Part shown: piece after piece, positions 50,046 to 59,808 of the stretch
How the letters are laid out: each line of letters opens with the position of its first letter
Numbering within the stretch: the stretch's first letter is position 1
DNA from: Verrucomicrobiota bacterium
GTDB lineage: Bacteria > Verrucomicrobiota > Verrucomicrobiia > Verrucomicrobiales > DEV007
DNA length: 64,000 nt
Direction: 5' to 3'
NCBI GenBank assembly: GCA_045046875.1
Contig: JASFYY010000030.1
Location: 1-64,000, forward strand
Made by a program: the position numbers and the translations under genes
The notes under the pieces: model-generated
Told to the model about the DNA's origin: nothing
The model's input: only the letters and a program-made list of their open reading frames with translations
Database searches by the model: none

Positions 50046-50378
50046 TTATCCGAGTTGTAAGTTTTCCTGTGTTTCCACGGGACCCAATAAATCCAAAATC
50101 AAGCCACGCAGGAAAATAACTACGGCATAACGGAAACGCCCCATATGACAAAAAAATCGGCGTCCATCATCCATCAAAATTAACCACTCCCCGAGCCCTA
50201 AATATACGGCGACGCATTTGCGGTGTGAAATCGTCTCGTTACGATAACAAAGCTCGAATAATAGAGCGGGGGGAGCGGTTGGCAAAACCTCGAATTGAGG
50301 TTTGCATTTCTGGCGAGAAAAATCCCGCGGGTCGGAAGAGATCAAATCAATGATCCCAATTTCTGGCTGGTCTGCCAT
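50046..50378 (-). CDS. Phage hypothetical protein
   Basis: 110 aa, abuts the Rep start. Confidence 0.5.
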   Translation of the reverse strand: MADQPEIGIIDLISSDPRDFSRQKCKPQFEVLPTAPPALLFELCYRNETISHRKCVAVYLGLGEWLILMDDGRRFFCHMGRFRYAVVIFLRGLILDLLGPVETQENLQLG

Positions 50379-50528
50379 ATCTTATTTTGTCTAGTAAAAA
50401 CGGGATTACTTAAGTCCCGTTGTCCGAATCAATCGAACGACACCAGAAAACACCAAATAAAAGAAAATGTCAAAATAAAAAAAACAGAGCAGCGAAACCG
50501 AAAGACAAATCGAGCCTCTAAAAAAGAA

Positions 50529-50681
50529 TCAAATAATGAAATTCAGCAAAGATTTCTCCAAAGCGCCAAAGATTAAATACCTAACCGCAAAGTAAAGAAT
50601 AACCAAAATAGGAATAGTTAGGATGGCAGATAAGCAACTACCCAAACAGCTTTTTTTACCAGCTTCCCAATTCAATTTCAT
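50529..50681 (-). CDS. Small single-TM phage protein (50 aa); not in the ORF track
   Basis: MKLNWEAGKKSCLGSCLSAILTIPILVILYFAVRYLIFGALEKSLLNFII*. Confidence 0.4.
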   Translation of the reverse strand: MKLNWEAGKKSCLGSCLSAILTIPILVILYFAVRYLIFGALEKSLLNFII

Positions 50682-50740
50682 AATTCAAAAATATAATTAA
50701 AAACAAAACCCGAAAAGAAAATCAAACCGGAAAGAGCATT

Positions 50741-50776
50741 AAAAAAGCCTTCTGGGATTAAGTAGTCCCAGAAGGC
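50741..50776 (-). terminator. Rho-independent terminator-like hairpin just inside attR
   Basis: GCCTTCTGGGA/TCCCAGAAGGC 11-bp stem with T6 on the minus strand. Confidence 0.7.
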
Positions 50777-50913
50777 GTATGAAGGTAACTAGCCTTCTTC
50801 GCGCCCAAAAGACTAGACAGGGATAAGAAACCCTTGGAAAACCCTTGTGCGCTTATAGACACCATAAACGCACAAAGCCTGATAGAGCAAGGGGAATTAG
50901 AACAAAAAACCCG

Positions 50914-50941
50914 ATTTCACATTACATGTATTGTGCGAAGT
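50914..50941 (-). other. attR = reconstituted chromosomal dif site
   Basis: Minus strand ACTTCGCACAA-TACATG-TAATGTGAAAT; 11-6-11 layout resembling E. coli dif GGTGCGCATAA-TGTATA-TTATGTTAAAT. Confidence 0.85.
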
Positions 50942-51007
50942 TATAGATAGGGCTGATATACGACCGTAATGCTGATATATTGGGCTTTTACCCTATTTTG
51001 GTCAAAA

Positions 51008-54000
51008 TTACACATCCAGTATTTCGCGCAGATCATCCGTATTCAAGCCTCTCATCATCGGACTGTTGTCGTCGATAGCTGCATCGAACACGTCACGCTT
51101 CTGCTGTTGCAGCTTGAGAATCTTTTCTTCCACCGTGTCGCGTGCGATGAATTTGTAACTGGTGACGATCTTGCTTTGACCAATCCGGTGCGCACGATCA
51201 GTGGCCTGGGCTTCCACTGCAGGATTCCACCATGGATCAAAATGCATCACCGTGTCGGCTGCGGTCAGATTCAGCCCGTAACCGCCCGCTTTCAGGCTGA
51301 TCAGGAAAACCTTCACATTTTCATCAGTCTGAAATCTCTCCACCTGCGCTGCTCTGTCCTGACTGGATCCATCCAAATATGCGATTTCGCCGTCATAAAA
51401 ATCCGCCTGCTCCAATTCTTCCCTGATCAACTTCAGCATGCTCACAAATTGGCTGAAAATCAGCATCCGGTGTCCACCAGCCAGCGCCTCCTGTAACATT
51501 TCACGCAAAAGCTGCAATTTGGCCGAATCCTCAGACTTTCGCGGTTTGATCGACGAAGTTTCCGAGCCTTGTGATGGATCTTTATCAGCAGATTTCAATA
51601 ACCTCGAATCGCAGCAGATCTGACGAAGCCTGAGCAATGCCGTGAGCATATTCATTCTTGCCGCGCGCTCATCACCACTCGAAAAAGCTTGGTTTATTTT
51701 ATTACGTGATTCACGTAATATACCGGCATAAAGTTCTTTTTGTGTGCTGGTTAATTGACAATAAACAATCTCTTCCATCTTCTCTGGTAGATCGGTAGCC
51801 ACCTTTTGTTTGGTGCGCCGCAGAATCATAGGTTCGAGGCGCCTGCGGAAGCGTTGATGCAGCGGAACGGACGCTTTGCCAGAATTAATGGGCTTTTCGT
51901 AGAGCTCTTTGAACTCCTCACGCGAACCTAAATATCCCGGGCGGACAAAATCGCTGATCGACCAGATGTCGAGCACCGAGTTCTCCACCGGAGTGCCGGT
52001 CAGAGCCAATCTCGAATCTGCGTTCAGCTTCTTGGCACTGCGTGCATTGTGGGTACTTGGATTGCGAATGTAACTGGCTTCATCAAGCACCACCAAACGG
52101 AAATACTGTTGTTGGTATTGTTCGATATCACGGATCAATAGCGCGTAGCTGGTGATGACCACATCGGCAAAACGCATGTTTTTAAAATGACCGCCGCGCT
52201 TGGGTCCGCGCATCAGCAAACAACTGTATTCCGGAGTGAACTTTTCAATCTCCTGATCCCAGTTGTCGATCAGCGACGTAGGGCAAACAACCAGCATAGG
52301 GCCTGATACTTTTTTGCCCCGTGCCTCCGTCTGCGCTTTCAGCAGCCTGGAAGTCGCCAAGGTTTGCAAGGTTTTGCCCAAGCCCATTTCGTCAGCTAGA
52401 ATGGCCCCGCCGCCGTGCTCCGGCAGCAGTTTGTGATACAGCCAGGCGATGCCGTCACGTTGATACGGTCTCAAAATATCGTTCAACTCCGCCAAAGTCT
52501 GACAGAACTGATCATCGTCTGTTTGCAGTTTTAATTCCTGCTCGGCAGATTGGCTGTTTTGGTAACAGGCGATACTGGATTCGATGTAATCCCGCTGCTG
52601 CGTTGCTATCCGGAAACGGCCGTCCTGCTGAGTCAGGTCACAATCCCTCAATACTTCCAGCCAGTCTTCGCAAGCATCTCTATCGAGTACCGCGAGCGTT
52701 CCGTCACCGCTTTTCCGGATCTGGTTCTGCCCGGTCGCTAGAAATCGTCTGATTTCATGCTCACTGATGGATGAATGACCTTGCGCGCCCTCCATTTCGA
52801 ATTCACAGCTGAACCAATCCTGCCCCTGGGAGCTGGCCTCGAAAGTCACGCTTGGTCGAATCGCTCGAACGTGTGAGGTTGCCGCGCCGTATTTAGCGCC
52901 AGCCTTCACCAGCCTCCATTTTTTCCGCAGGCGAGGAACCACGCTGACATGAAAATGCAGCACTTCATTCTGCCCGCGCAGATGCAAGCAGCCTTGCTGG
53001 TCAACCGAAGAGAATCCACTCGCAGTCAGTTCCCGCAGCGCCGTCATCTCGGCTTGCAGGTTACGGGTGAAATAGCGTGTGCGCCCCCCCGTGGAGCTGT
53101 CGGAGGTTTGACCCACATAAGGGAAATGAGATTCATTGGCATCCTCTGAATCACGCCCCAGTATCAGTTCATAATCTGCGTAAAAAACATGGATACTCGC
53201 CGTCACATGAATGAGCGAGCCATCTATGTGCAGCTCGAATGCCGGCCGGCCCGGAGCAAGCGACGGGGGCTGAAAACCTACTGCCGTTTCAATCTCAAAA
53301 ACATCCGACCATTCTTCTATGACAGTAGCCAACCAAGCTTCATCAAAATTCTGCCCCTGTTCTCCTGCCGCCAGTAGCTCTAGCGCGGTTGCCCTGGAAG
53401 ACGAATTTTCCGGCCATCTCACTGGCCACAGCTGTTGACGCTGATCATTATAAACCCAGGGGCTATCGTCACCATCCTCGTTTTTCAATAAAACCTGATT
53501 GCCATCGCTAAAACCTGACAATTGCAGCTTAACCTTTGCTTGATCTTGTCCGCTTAGATGGATTTTCAAGCGAATCGCCTGCTCATTGATAGATAAAGGC
53601 TGTTCTTTTTTATCAACTGAGAAACAAGGATAGGTGGCGCAAAGCCTGAGCAACTCACCGCCTTGCTTACGGTTCAAAATCAAAAAAGGAGGCAACGCTT
53701 TTTGAGCGGACGGCCCTAATGAATGCAGCCATTGTCGAATTTGGTTGGATTGCTCAAGCACCCGTTCTTCAACAGGATTGTCCGGCGCACGCACAGCGAG
53801 GCGAATCGGAAATTTATCTTTTTCCCATAATCGCGTAAAAACAGACTCTAATTTTATTATTATAAGCTGTTCAGAGGTAATTTTATCGGCAGGTTTAAAT
53901 CCTTCACCGATTAACACCTTCGCATCTTTACCCTCTTTCAACTCACTCTGCAATTCATCGGCAGCGAGCGCAACCGCAACGGAATGGGCGCAAATCAGCC

Positions 54001-54241
54001 CGTCGCGCAGTGATTCCCGGCAGCGGCACAGGTTATCCACCTCGGTCGACGAATGAATGTTAAGTCCGGCAATTTGAACTTTACGCCCTATCTTCACCTT
54101 CCCTTTTACCAAGGTTCCCCGGATATTTGCATCAGACACCCCTCCTCCGGCATAAATGAGCCCCCCATCCTTTACCGCCTTCCATCCAGCCGTCTCCATT
54201 AGCCAAGATTTACTTAGGTCCATAAATAGAATTGCAATCAA
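51008..54241 (-). CDS. SNF2-family helicase with N-terminal SWIM zinc finger
   Basis: CRC...CAH; ILADEMGLGKT, LDEA, LTGTPVEN, QATDRAHRIGQ. Confidence 0.92.
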   Translation of the reverse strand: MIAILFMDLSKSWLMETAGWKAVKDGGLIYAGGGVSDANIRGTLVKGKVKIGRKVQIAGLNIHSSTEVDNLCRCRESLRDGLICAHSVAVALAADELQSELKEGKDAKVLIGEGFKPADKITSEQLIIIKLESVFTRLWEKDKFPIRLAVRAPDNPVEERVLEQSNQIRQWLHSLGPSAQKALPPFLILNRKQGGELLRLCATYPCFSVDKKEQPLSINEQAIRLKIHLSGQDQAKVKLQLSGFSDGNQVLLKNEDGDDSPWVYNDQRQQLWPVRWPENSSSRATALELLAAGEQGQNFDEAWLATVIEEWSDVFEIETAVGFQPPSLAPGRPAFELHIDGSLIHVTASIHVFYADYELILGRDSEDANESHFPYVGQTSDSSTGGRTRYFTRNLQAEMTALRELTASGFSSVDQQGCLHLRGQNEVLHFHVSVVPRLRKKWRLVKAGAKYGAATSHVRAIRPSVTFEASSQGQDWFSCEFEMEGAQGHSSISEHEIRRFLATGQNQIRKSGDGTLAVLDRDACEDWLEVLRDCDLTQQDGRFRIATQQRDYIESSIACYQNSQSAEQELKLQTDDDQFCQTLAELNDILRPYQRDGIAWLYHKLLPEHGGGAILADEMGLGKTLQTLATSRLLKAQTEARGKKVSGPMLVVCPTSLIDNWDQEIEKFTPEYSCLLMRGPKRGGHFKNMRFADVVITSYALLIRDIEQYQQQYFRLVVLDEASYIRNPSTHNARSAKKLNADSRLALTGTPVENSVLDIWSISDFVRPGYLGSREEFKELYEKPINSGKASVPLHQRFRRRLEPMILRRTKQKVATDLPEKMEEIVYCQLTSTQKELYAGILRESRNKINQAFSSGDERAARMNMLTALLRLRQICCDSRLLKSADKDPSQGSETSSIKPRKSEDSAKLQLLREMLQEALAGGHRMLIFSQFVSMLKLIREELEQADFYDGEIAYLDGSSQDRAAQVERFQTDENVKVFLISLKAGGYGLNLTAADTVMHFDPWWNPAVEAQATDRAHRIGQSKIVTSYKFIARDTVEEKILKLQQQKRDVFDAAIDDNSPMMRGLNTDDLREILDV

Positions 54242-54464
54242 TGTTCAGTTCTTGCGAATATCTCAATTTAGAGCTTCGCCAATGACTCTTAAACGGCCAA
54301 TCTCGCCTTTGCGTCAAAAAACTGCAAAGTTTCTCACTAATCGCTTGAAGTCTTACGTAATTCTAATTAGTTAATAGATTCGAACAAAATCACCACTGTT
54401 ATTTTTTGCTGTTATTAATTCAGGCAAAAGCACTGGTGGCAACCATAAATCTGAAACTCGCATA

Positions 54465-55637
54465 ATGACATCTTTGAGCCCACATTCTTCGCGTGCCCGC
54501 TATGTGATCGCGCTGGCGACAACAGCCCTGTTATTGATGGGGAATCCCGGTTCCGCAGATGCTATTTGGGGCTTTGGTAAAAAGAAAAAGTCTGCCAAGG
54601 TGCCTTCTGCAGGTGAACTAGCCAGCCAGGATGCCATTGCCAATCAGCTTTATGCTGAGGCTCAAGCTTCTTCCAGTAACGGAAAGGCGAGCAAAATTTA
54701 CAAAAGCATTGTGAAAAAATACCCGCTGACGGCGGCGGCGGCAGAGAGCCAGTTTAAACTTGGTGTCTTGCGGGAGGAAGATAACAAACCCAAAAAAGCT
54801 TTCGAAGAATACCAGAAATTTATCGATTCCTACAAAGACAACGCCCATTTTAAAGAGGCCATCCAAAGGCAATACCACATCGCCACCTATTACCTTGAAA
54901 ACCAAAAAAACGGATTCCTTGGTTTCGGCACTAATATCCAGCCTAGCAATTTGATCGAATTTTTCATTCAAATCAGCAGTAATGCCCCTTACAGCGAAGA
55001 AGCGCCCAAGTCTCTTTTTAATGTTGGCCAAGTTAATGCACGGTCAGGCAAAATAGAAGAAGCGCTGCTTTCTTATGCCGTGGTGGTTGAAAGATACCCC
55101 GGCACCCCCATTGCCGCAGAGTCTCAATATGAAATTGTGCAACTTCTGGGCAAAACCAGTGATAAATCCTATAACCCTGCAAATTCCCGTCAGCACCGTG
55201 AGGCTGCGGAGGATTTCCTCAATCAATACGGGGGCAACGCGCTGGCTTCGGATGTGAAAGCAGAGTTAGGCAAACTCGAAGACCGGGACCTTGAAAAAGC
55301 CTTTAATATTGGTCGTTTTTATGAAAAACAAGGAACCTTGCGCTCTGCGGCCGTTTATTACCGCGAAGTATTGGCGCATCCGGGTGGCAAGTATTACGCC
55401 GATGCAAAAGCACGCCTTTCCCGCCTGGAAGAGCTTGACCCGACCTTGGTGCGTAGCACAGGAACCCCACGCCGGGTCGAAACCCCGCCCGACCTGAATA
55501 AACGAAAAGATTACCTCGGCCCCCCGCCACCGAAACTGGACGCATCCACACCCCGCATGAGAACTTCTCCAGCGGATGTGACTCCTATTTCCCCCACGAC
55601 CGCTCCGCTTAAACCTGCCGCAAAAACAGACAACTAA
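54465..55637 (+). CDS. BamD-like TPR outer-membrane assembly protein
   Basis: Signal peptide, TPR helices, IGRFYEK...AAVYY; upstream of lptE. Confidence 0.7.
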   Translation: MTSLSPHSSRARYVIALATTALLLMGNPGSADAIWGFGKKKKSAKVPSAGELASQDAIANQLYAEAQASSSNGKASKIYKSIVKKYPLTAAAAESQFKLGVLREEDNKPKKAFEEYQKFIDSYKDNAHFKEAIQRQYHIATYYLENQKNGFLGFGTNIQPSNLIEFFIQISSNAPYSEEAPKSLFNVGQVNARSGKIEEALLSYAVVVERYPGTPIAAESQYEIVQLLGKTSDKSYNPANSRQHREAAEDFLNQYGGNALASDVKAELGKLEDRDLEKAFNIGRFYEKQGTLRSAAVYYREVLAHPGGKYYADAKARLSRLEELDPTLVRSTGTPRRVETPPDLNKRKDYLGPPPPKLDASTPRMRTSPADVTPISPTTAPLKPAAKTDN

Positions 55638-55869
55638 AGCTTGTTTCCATCTTATAAAGGCGAAACCTCTTCGAAATAGGACCTGAAAATACGGAATGAC
55701 GACCATTGCCCGCTTCAATATAAATGCTGTTCCTGCACAGCCTGAGCTTGATTTTTCATAAGCTTTCGGTTACAAACGGTCGACACCAAGGCAAAAACAC
55801 CACCCGGTGCTAGAGTCTCACAAGCTGACAAATATAACTTTCCAACTTTATTTCCCAAAATACATAACT

Positions 55870-56457
55870 ATGAAAACGGTATCCCGTATCTGTTTGTTGG
55901 CATTCCTGACCACTGCCGCCATTTTTTCGAATGGTTGTGCCGGTTACAAATTAGGTTCTGTCAAACCTTCGATCTATAACAGCATCGACAAAATTTATGT
56001 TCCCACTTTCGAGAACGCTACGCTCGAGCCCCGGATCGCTGTCTTGACCACCAACGCGGTCATTAAAAGTTTGCAAGCAGACGGGACCTATCAAATCACC
56101 GATCAAAGTAATTCGGATGCGGTTTTGCGAGGTAAAATCACCCGGATTGAAAGACGTCAGTTGAGAGCTACCAGAAGAGATACCTTGAGAACCCGCGAGA
56201 TGCTGATTTTCATGATCGTCGAATGGTCACTACATGATCCTGTCACTGGCAACAAACTCGACTACCGCGAAAACAGAAGCATTGATGAAGCCAATAGGGA
56301 CTCTTCCACTAGCTTGAGAATCCGTCCTGGCCGGGTGATCGGACAGACCCAGATCTTTCTCGACGAAAACTTCCAGTTAACCGAGCGTAATGCCTTGCCA
56401 CTGGCCGCACAAGACGCAGCCAAGGTATTGACCGGACAATTGACCGAAGGTTGGTAA
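55870..56457 (+). CDS. lptE: LPS assembly lipoprotein LptE family
   Basis: Lipobox GCAGY, IYVPTFEN, DAVLRGKI. Confidence 0.72.
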   Translation: MKTVSRICLLAFLTTAAIFSNGCAGYKLGSVKPSIYNSIDKIYVPTFENATLEPRIAVLTTNAVIKSLQADGTYQITDQSNSDAVLRGKITRIERRQLRATRRDTLRTREMLIFMIVEWSLHDPVTGNKLDYRENRSIDEANRDSSTSLRIRPGRVIGQTQIFLDENFQLTERNALPLAAQDAAKVLTGQLTEGW

Positions 56458-56610
56458 AAACCCTCCCTTCTATATCTTGTCGCTGTGAGGCCACAAGGAA
56501 TTAACAGGCATTTCCCTGAGACGATCTATAATTTGGATCGTGCTATCTCATTGTAGGACAAATTTCCATGTTTGTCCGTGTAGTTCCCGCCACCCGTCAA
56601 CACCCTTCAA

Positions 56611-57357
56611 ATGACTACAGAAGATAACCATCAGGGGCGCATCATTTTCATAGCTACTCCGATTGGCAATCTTGGTGATATCACCCTACGCAGCATCGAG
56701 GCGCTCAAAGAGGCCGATCTCATCGCTTGCGAAGATACCCGCAGGTCGTCTAAACTGCTCAACCGTTTGGAAATCAAAAAACCGCTGATCAGTTTTCATG
56801 AACACAACGAGAGGCATCGCGGCCAACACTTGCTCGACGAAGTGAAAGCCGGTAAAATAATCGCCTGCCTGACCGATGCCGGCATGCCTGGCATTTCCGA
56901 TCCTGGTTACCGTTTGGTTCAGGACTGCCTTGCAGATACAGTTCCCTTTGAGATTCTGCCCGGCCCCTCTGCGGTATTAATGGCTTTGTTAGGCTCCGGC
57001 CTGCCTACGGATTCATTTTATTTTGGTGGTTTTCTGCCTCACAAAAAAGGAAAGCGTAAAAGCGAGCTGGAAGAAGCCATCCAGCGTGACTGCACTTCGG
57101 TGTATTTTGAATCTCCCCATCGCATCATTGCCAGCCTGGAAATATTAAAGGATTTTGCCCCGCAGCATCCCCTGTGCGTGGCCCGGGAATTGACAAAAAA
57201 ATTTGAAAGCTGGTATCGCGGCACAGTTACTGAAGTGATTCCCACGCTCGGCACGGGTAAAGTCAAAGGCGAGATCACCTTGCTGATCGGCGGCAAACAA
57301 AAAACGAAAAAAGCAAAAGGTGGCAGAAACTTAACGCCCGCTTCAATTGAACCTTGA
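56611..57357 (+). CDS. rsmI: 16S rRNA C1402 2'-O-methyltransferase
   Basis: ATPIGNLGDIT, ACEDTR, DAGMPGISDPG, ESPHR, RELTK. Confidence 0.94.
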   Translation: MTTEDNHQGRIIFIATPIGNLGDITLRSIEALKEADLIACEDTRRSSKLLNRLEIKKPLISFHEHNERHRGQHLLDEVKAGKIIACLTDAGMPGISDPGYRLVQDCLADTVPFEILPGPSAVLMALLGSGLPTDSFYFGGFLPHKKGKRKSELEEAIQRDCTSVYFESPHRIIASLEILKDFAPQHPLCVARELTKKFESWYRGTVTEVIPTLGTGKVKGEITLLIGGKQKTKKAKGGRNLTPASIEP

Positions 57358-57419
57358 CCGGGCCTTTGTTAATAATCTTAACCGACCTCCCGCGCTCTAT
57401 CATTTAAACTTGCCGCATT

Positions 57420-58346
57420 ATGTTGTCACTATCCACTCACTGGAACAGTCACCGCCATGATGAAGATGGCATGCACATGGTTTACGAGGCGATCTTGCTA
57501 GGTTTTAATAACATTGCCTTTGATCAATCATTATCGCCAGCCCTCATGCCTGGTTTTGAAAAAGCATTCAAACAAAATGTGGAGGCCAAAAAACCCTTTA
57601 TCAACTTTTCAAACCTGTATAATTATGGGGACCCTATAGATGCAACAGCGGAGTCTGAATGTTACAGCTTCACTTCTCCAAAAAAGGAGCTACGTCGTCA
57701 GGCGATTGATTCGAGCAAAAAATCCATCGACCGCGCTGCTGATTTTGGTGGTATCGATCTGGTAATGAGACTCGGTCACGCTGCGATGAAAAACTACAGT
57801 GACAAATTGATCGAACTGCTTTCTTCAGGCGAACTCTACAGCAAATCTTACGCCGCGCTGAAATTGGAAATGGTGCAGGCAAGGGAACAACCAGACAGCA
57901 CCCAGCTTGATGCGGTGAGAGCCGCATTGGATGAGCTGTTGCCCTACGCGCAAGAAAAAAGTGTGCGACTCGCTTTGGAGAGCGGCTCCCGCTATGAACA
58001 AATTCCCAATGAACGGGAAATGGACACCCTTCTGAGCGAATACGACAGCCCCGGGCTGGTCTACTGGCACGACTTGGGTCACATCCAGCTCAAAGCAAAT
58101 ATGGGCTTGCTCAACCCCCAGCAATATCTGGAAAAAATGCTGCCTCGACTGGCCGGTTGCAATCTCCATGATGTGGTCTGGCCAGTAGAAGATCAGTCAA
58201 TTCCTTTTCAAGGAACGATTGACTTTGACCAGCTAATCCCTCTAGTGCCAAAAAATATCCCCATGGTATGGATGATGAACCCACGCCGCAAATCCAACGA
58301 TATCAAAGAAGCACTCGCAACCTGGAAAGAAAAATACGGTGATTAA
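57420..58346 (+). CDS. Xylose-isomerase-like TIM barrel protein
   Basis: LALE, YWHDLGH, NLHD, GTIDF. Confidence 0.7.
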   Translation: MLSLSTHWNSHRHDEDGMHMVYEAILLGFNNIAFDQSLSPALMPGFEKAFKQNVEAKKPFINFSNLYNYGDPIDATAESECYSFTSPKKELRRQAIDSSKKSIDRAADFGGIDLVMRLGHAAMKNYSDKLIELLSSGELYSKSYAALKLEMVQAREQPDSTQLDAVRAALDELLPYAQEKSVRLALESGSRYEQIPNEREMDTLLSEYDSPGLVYWHDLGHIQLKANMGLLNPQQYLEKMLPRLAGCNLHDVVWPVEDQSIPFQGTIDFDQLIPLVPKNIPMVWMMNPRRKSNDIKEALATWKEKYGD

Positions 58347-58869
58347 AAGAAGCAAACAGGCCATCAACTTTGTCAAAGAGAACGACAAAAAAACAGTCGT
58401 GAAACATGTGTTATCCCACGACGCGCACCCGCTCATCCAGTTTGGCAAATACGGATTCTGCGGTGCATTGGCAGTGATGATTCACCTGTCTGTGGTTTAC
58501 GCTTTGGGGCTGACGATTTTTCCTGCCATTGGCGAAAATCTACCGATTGAGCTTAAACAGCACAATGGTACGCTTAATAACATCATTGCCTTTTTCATAT
58601 CAGGCAGCGTGGTTTACTGGTTAAATATCAAATTTGTTTTCAAGTCAGGGCGTCACAGCGCTCTTGTTGAAATCATTTTGTTTTTTGCCGTATCAGCAAT
58701 TCCCTTGGCGGCAGCCTCCGGCGTGAATTGGCTGATTTATCACAACTCTGAAATGTTAAGTGAGTTCCACATGCAAAAACACGTCGAACACATCGCCAAT
58801 TTTGGCTTCATCTTAACTTCGGCCCTTGTGAACTTTGTCGCCCGCAAGTTCATCATCTTCAAAGGCTGA
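58339..58869 (+). CDS. GtrA-family membrane protein
   Basis: QFGKYG..G, LNIKFVF, NFVARKFIIF. Confidence 0.78.
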   Translation: MIKRSKQAINFVKENDKKTVVKHVLSHDAHPLIQFGKYGFCGALAVMIHLSVVYALGLTIFPAIGENLPIELKQHNGTLNNIIAFFISGSVVYWLNIKFVFKSGRHSALVEIILFFAVSAIPLAAASGVNWLIYHNSEMLSEFHMQKHVEHIANFGFILTSALVNFVARKFIIFKG

Positions 58870-58890
58870 CCCCCTAGTCAGCATAGGTTT

Positions 58891-58914
58891 GTAGGGCGAG
58901 CGCTCCGCTTGCCC
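58891..58914 (+). repeat. GTAG-type REP-like palindrome
   Basis: GTAG-led palindrome GGGCGAGCG-CTC-CGCTTGCCC between convergent genes. Confidence 0.45.
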
Positions 58915-58963
58915 AGTAGTAAAAACCAGACTTCATCAGACAAAAACGTGCCGATCCCCCACC

Positions 58964-59740
58964 CTACCACGGAGGAAGAGGGCCGGTGCCGCCATCCAGC
59001 ACGATGATTGTGCCATTGATGTAGGAAGCCGCATCGCTCATCAAAAAAGCCGCGGTTTGCGCGATATCTTCAGGTTGACCCAGTCGTCGTGCCGGGATTT
59101 TTTTTGCCACTTCATCATAAAGTTCCTCAATCGGGCGATCCCATCCGTCACAGGTTGCTGCCAACATCGGGGTTTCAATAGTTCCGGGAGAAATCCCCAC
59201 CGAACGGATTTTACCCGGATGGTCCACCGCCAGAGAACGCACCAAAGCCTCAAGAGCAGCTTTTGACGCGCAGTAGAGAGCATGGGCAGGAAATGCAATT
59301 TGCGCCGCCACTGAAGTGGTGGTGAGAAAAACCCCTCCCCTTTCATTTTTTTCCATAACTGGAATACTGTGCTTTGCCAGCCACAGCGCCCCTTTCACGT
59401 TCACTCCCATCACCTTGTTCCAGATGCGGTCATCAAAATCAGTCACCAGGCCCTTAGCCCAAACTCCGGCATTACAGAACACCCCGTCGATGCGACCATA
59501 GGTCTCGACGGTCTCTGCGATCATTCGCTTGACGCTTTCCTCATCAGAGACATCGGCATAGATAAACTTGCCCTTTTTCCCACTCTGCTTGATTTTTTCT
59601 TCCAAGGCAACGCCCTCTACCCGCTGGATTGAAGCGGCAACTACACTCGCTCCCAATTCGGCAAAATGCAGACTGCTGGCGGCTCCCATGCCCGAAGTCC
59701 CTCCGGTCACGATGATAACTTTATCTTTTAATTCACTCAT
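58964..59740 (-). CDS. SDR oxidoreductase
   Basis: TGGTSGMG, NAG, YCASK, PGTIETP. Confidence 0.88.
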   Translation of the reverse strand: MSELKDKVIIVTGGTSGMGAASSLHFAELGASVVAASIQRVEGVALEEKIKQSGKKGKFIYADVSDEESVKRMIAETVETYGRIDGVFCNAGVWAKGLVTDFDDRIWNKVMGVNVKGALWLAKHSIPVMEKNERGGVFLTTTSVAAQIAFPAHALYCASKAALEALVRSLAVDHPGKIRSVGISPGTIETPMLAATCDGWDRPIEELYDEVAKKIPARRLGQPEDIAQTAAFLMSDAASYINGTIIVLDGGTGPLPPW

Positions 59741-59808
59741 AAATTTTTATTAGAAAAATGACAGACGTTTCCTCCGCAGAAAATGATAATTTAATCCAAG
59801 CGGCATGC

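Larger units (their letters stand above)
42509..50941 (-). mobile_element. Filamentous prophage (inovirus), 8,405-bp repeat-to-repeat unit, integrated at dif
   Basis: Co-oriented Rep, pV-like, coat, pIII, pVI, Zot/pI and secretin genes; visibly AT-richer than the flanks; flanking dif-like direct repeats; no integrase. Confidence 0.93.

Noticed and set aside
50295..50576. 93-aa + strand ORF as a divergent repressor
   Set aside because: Low-complexity K/N/R sequence from the A-rich strand with no HTH, overlapping minus-strand ORFs.
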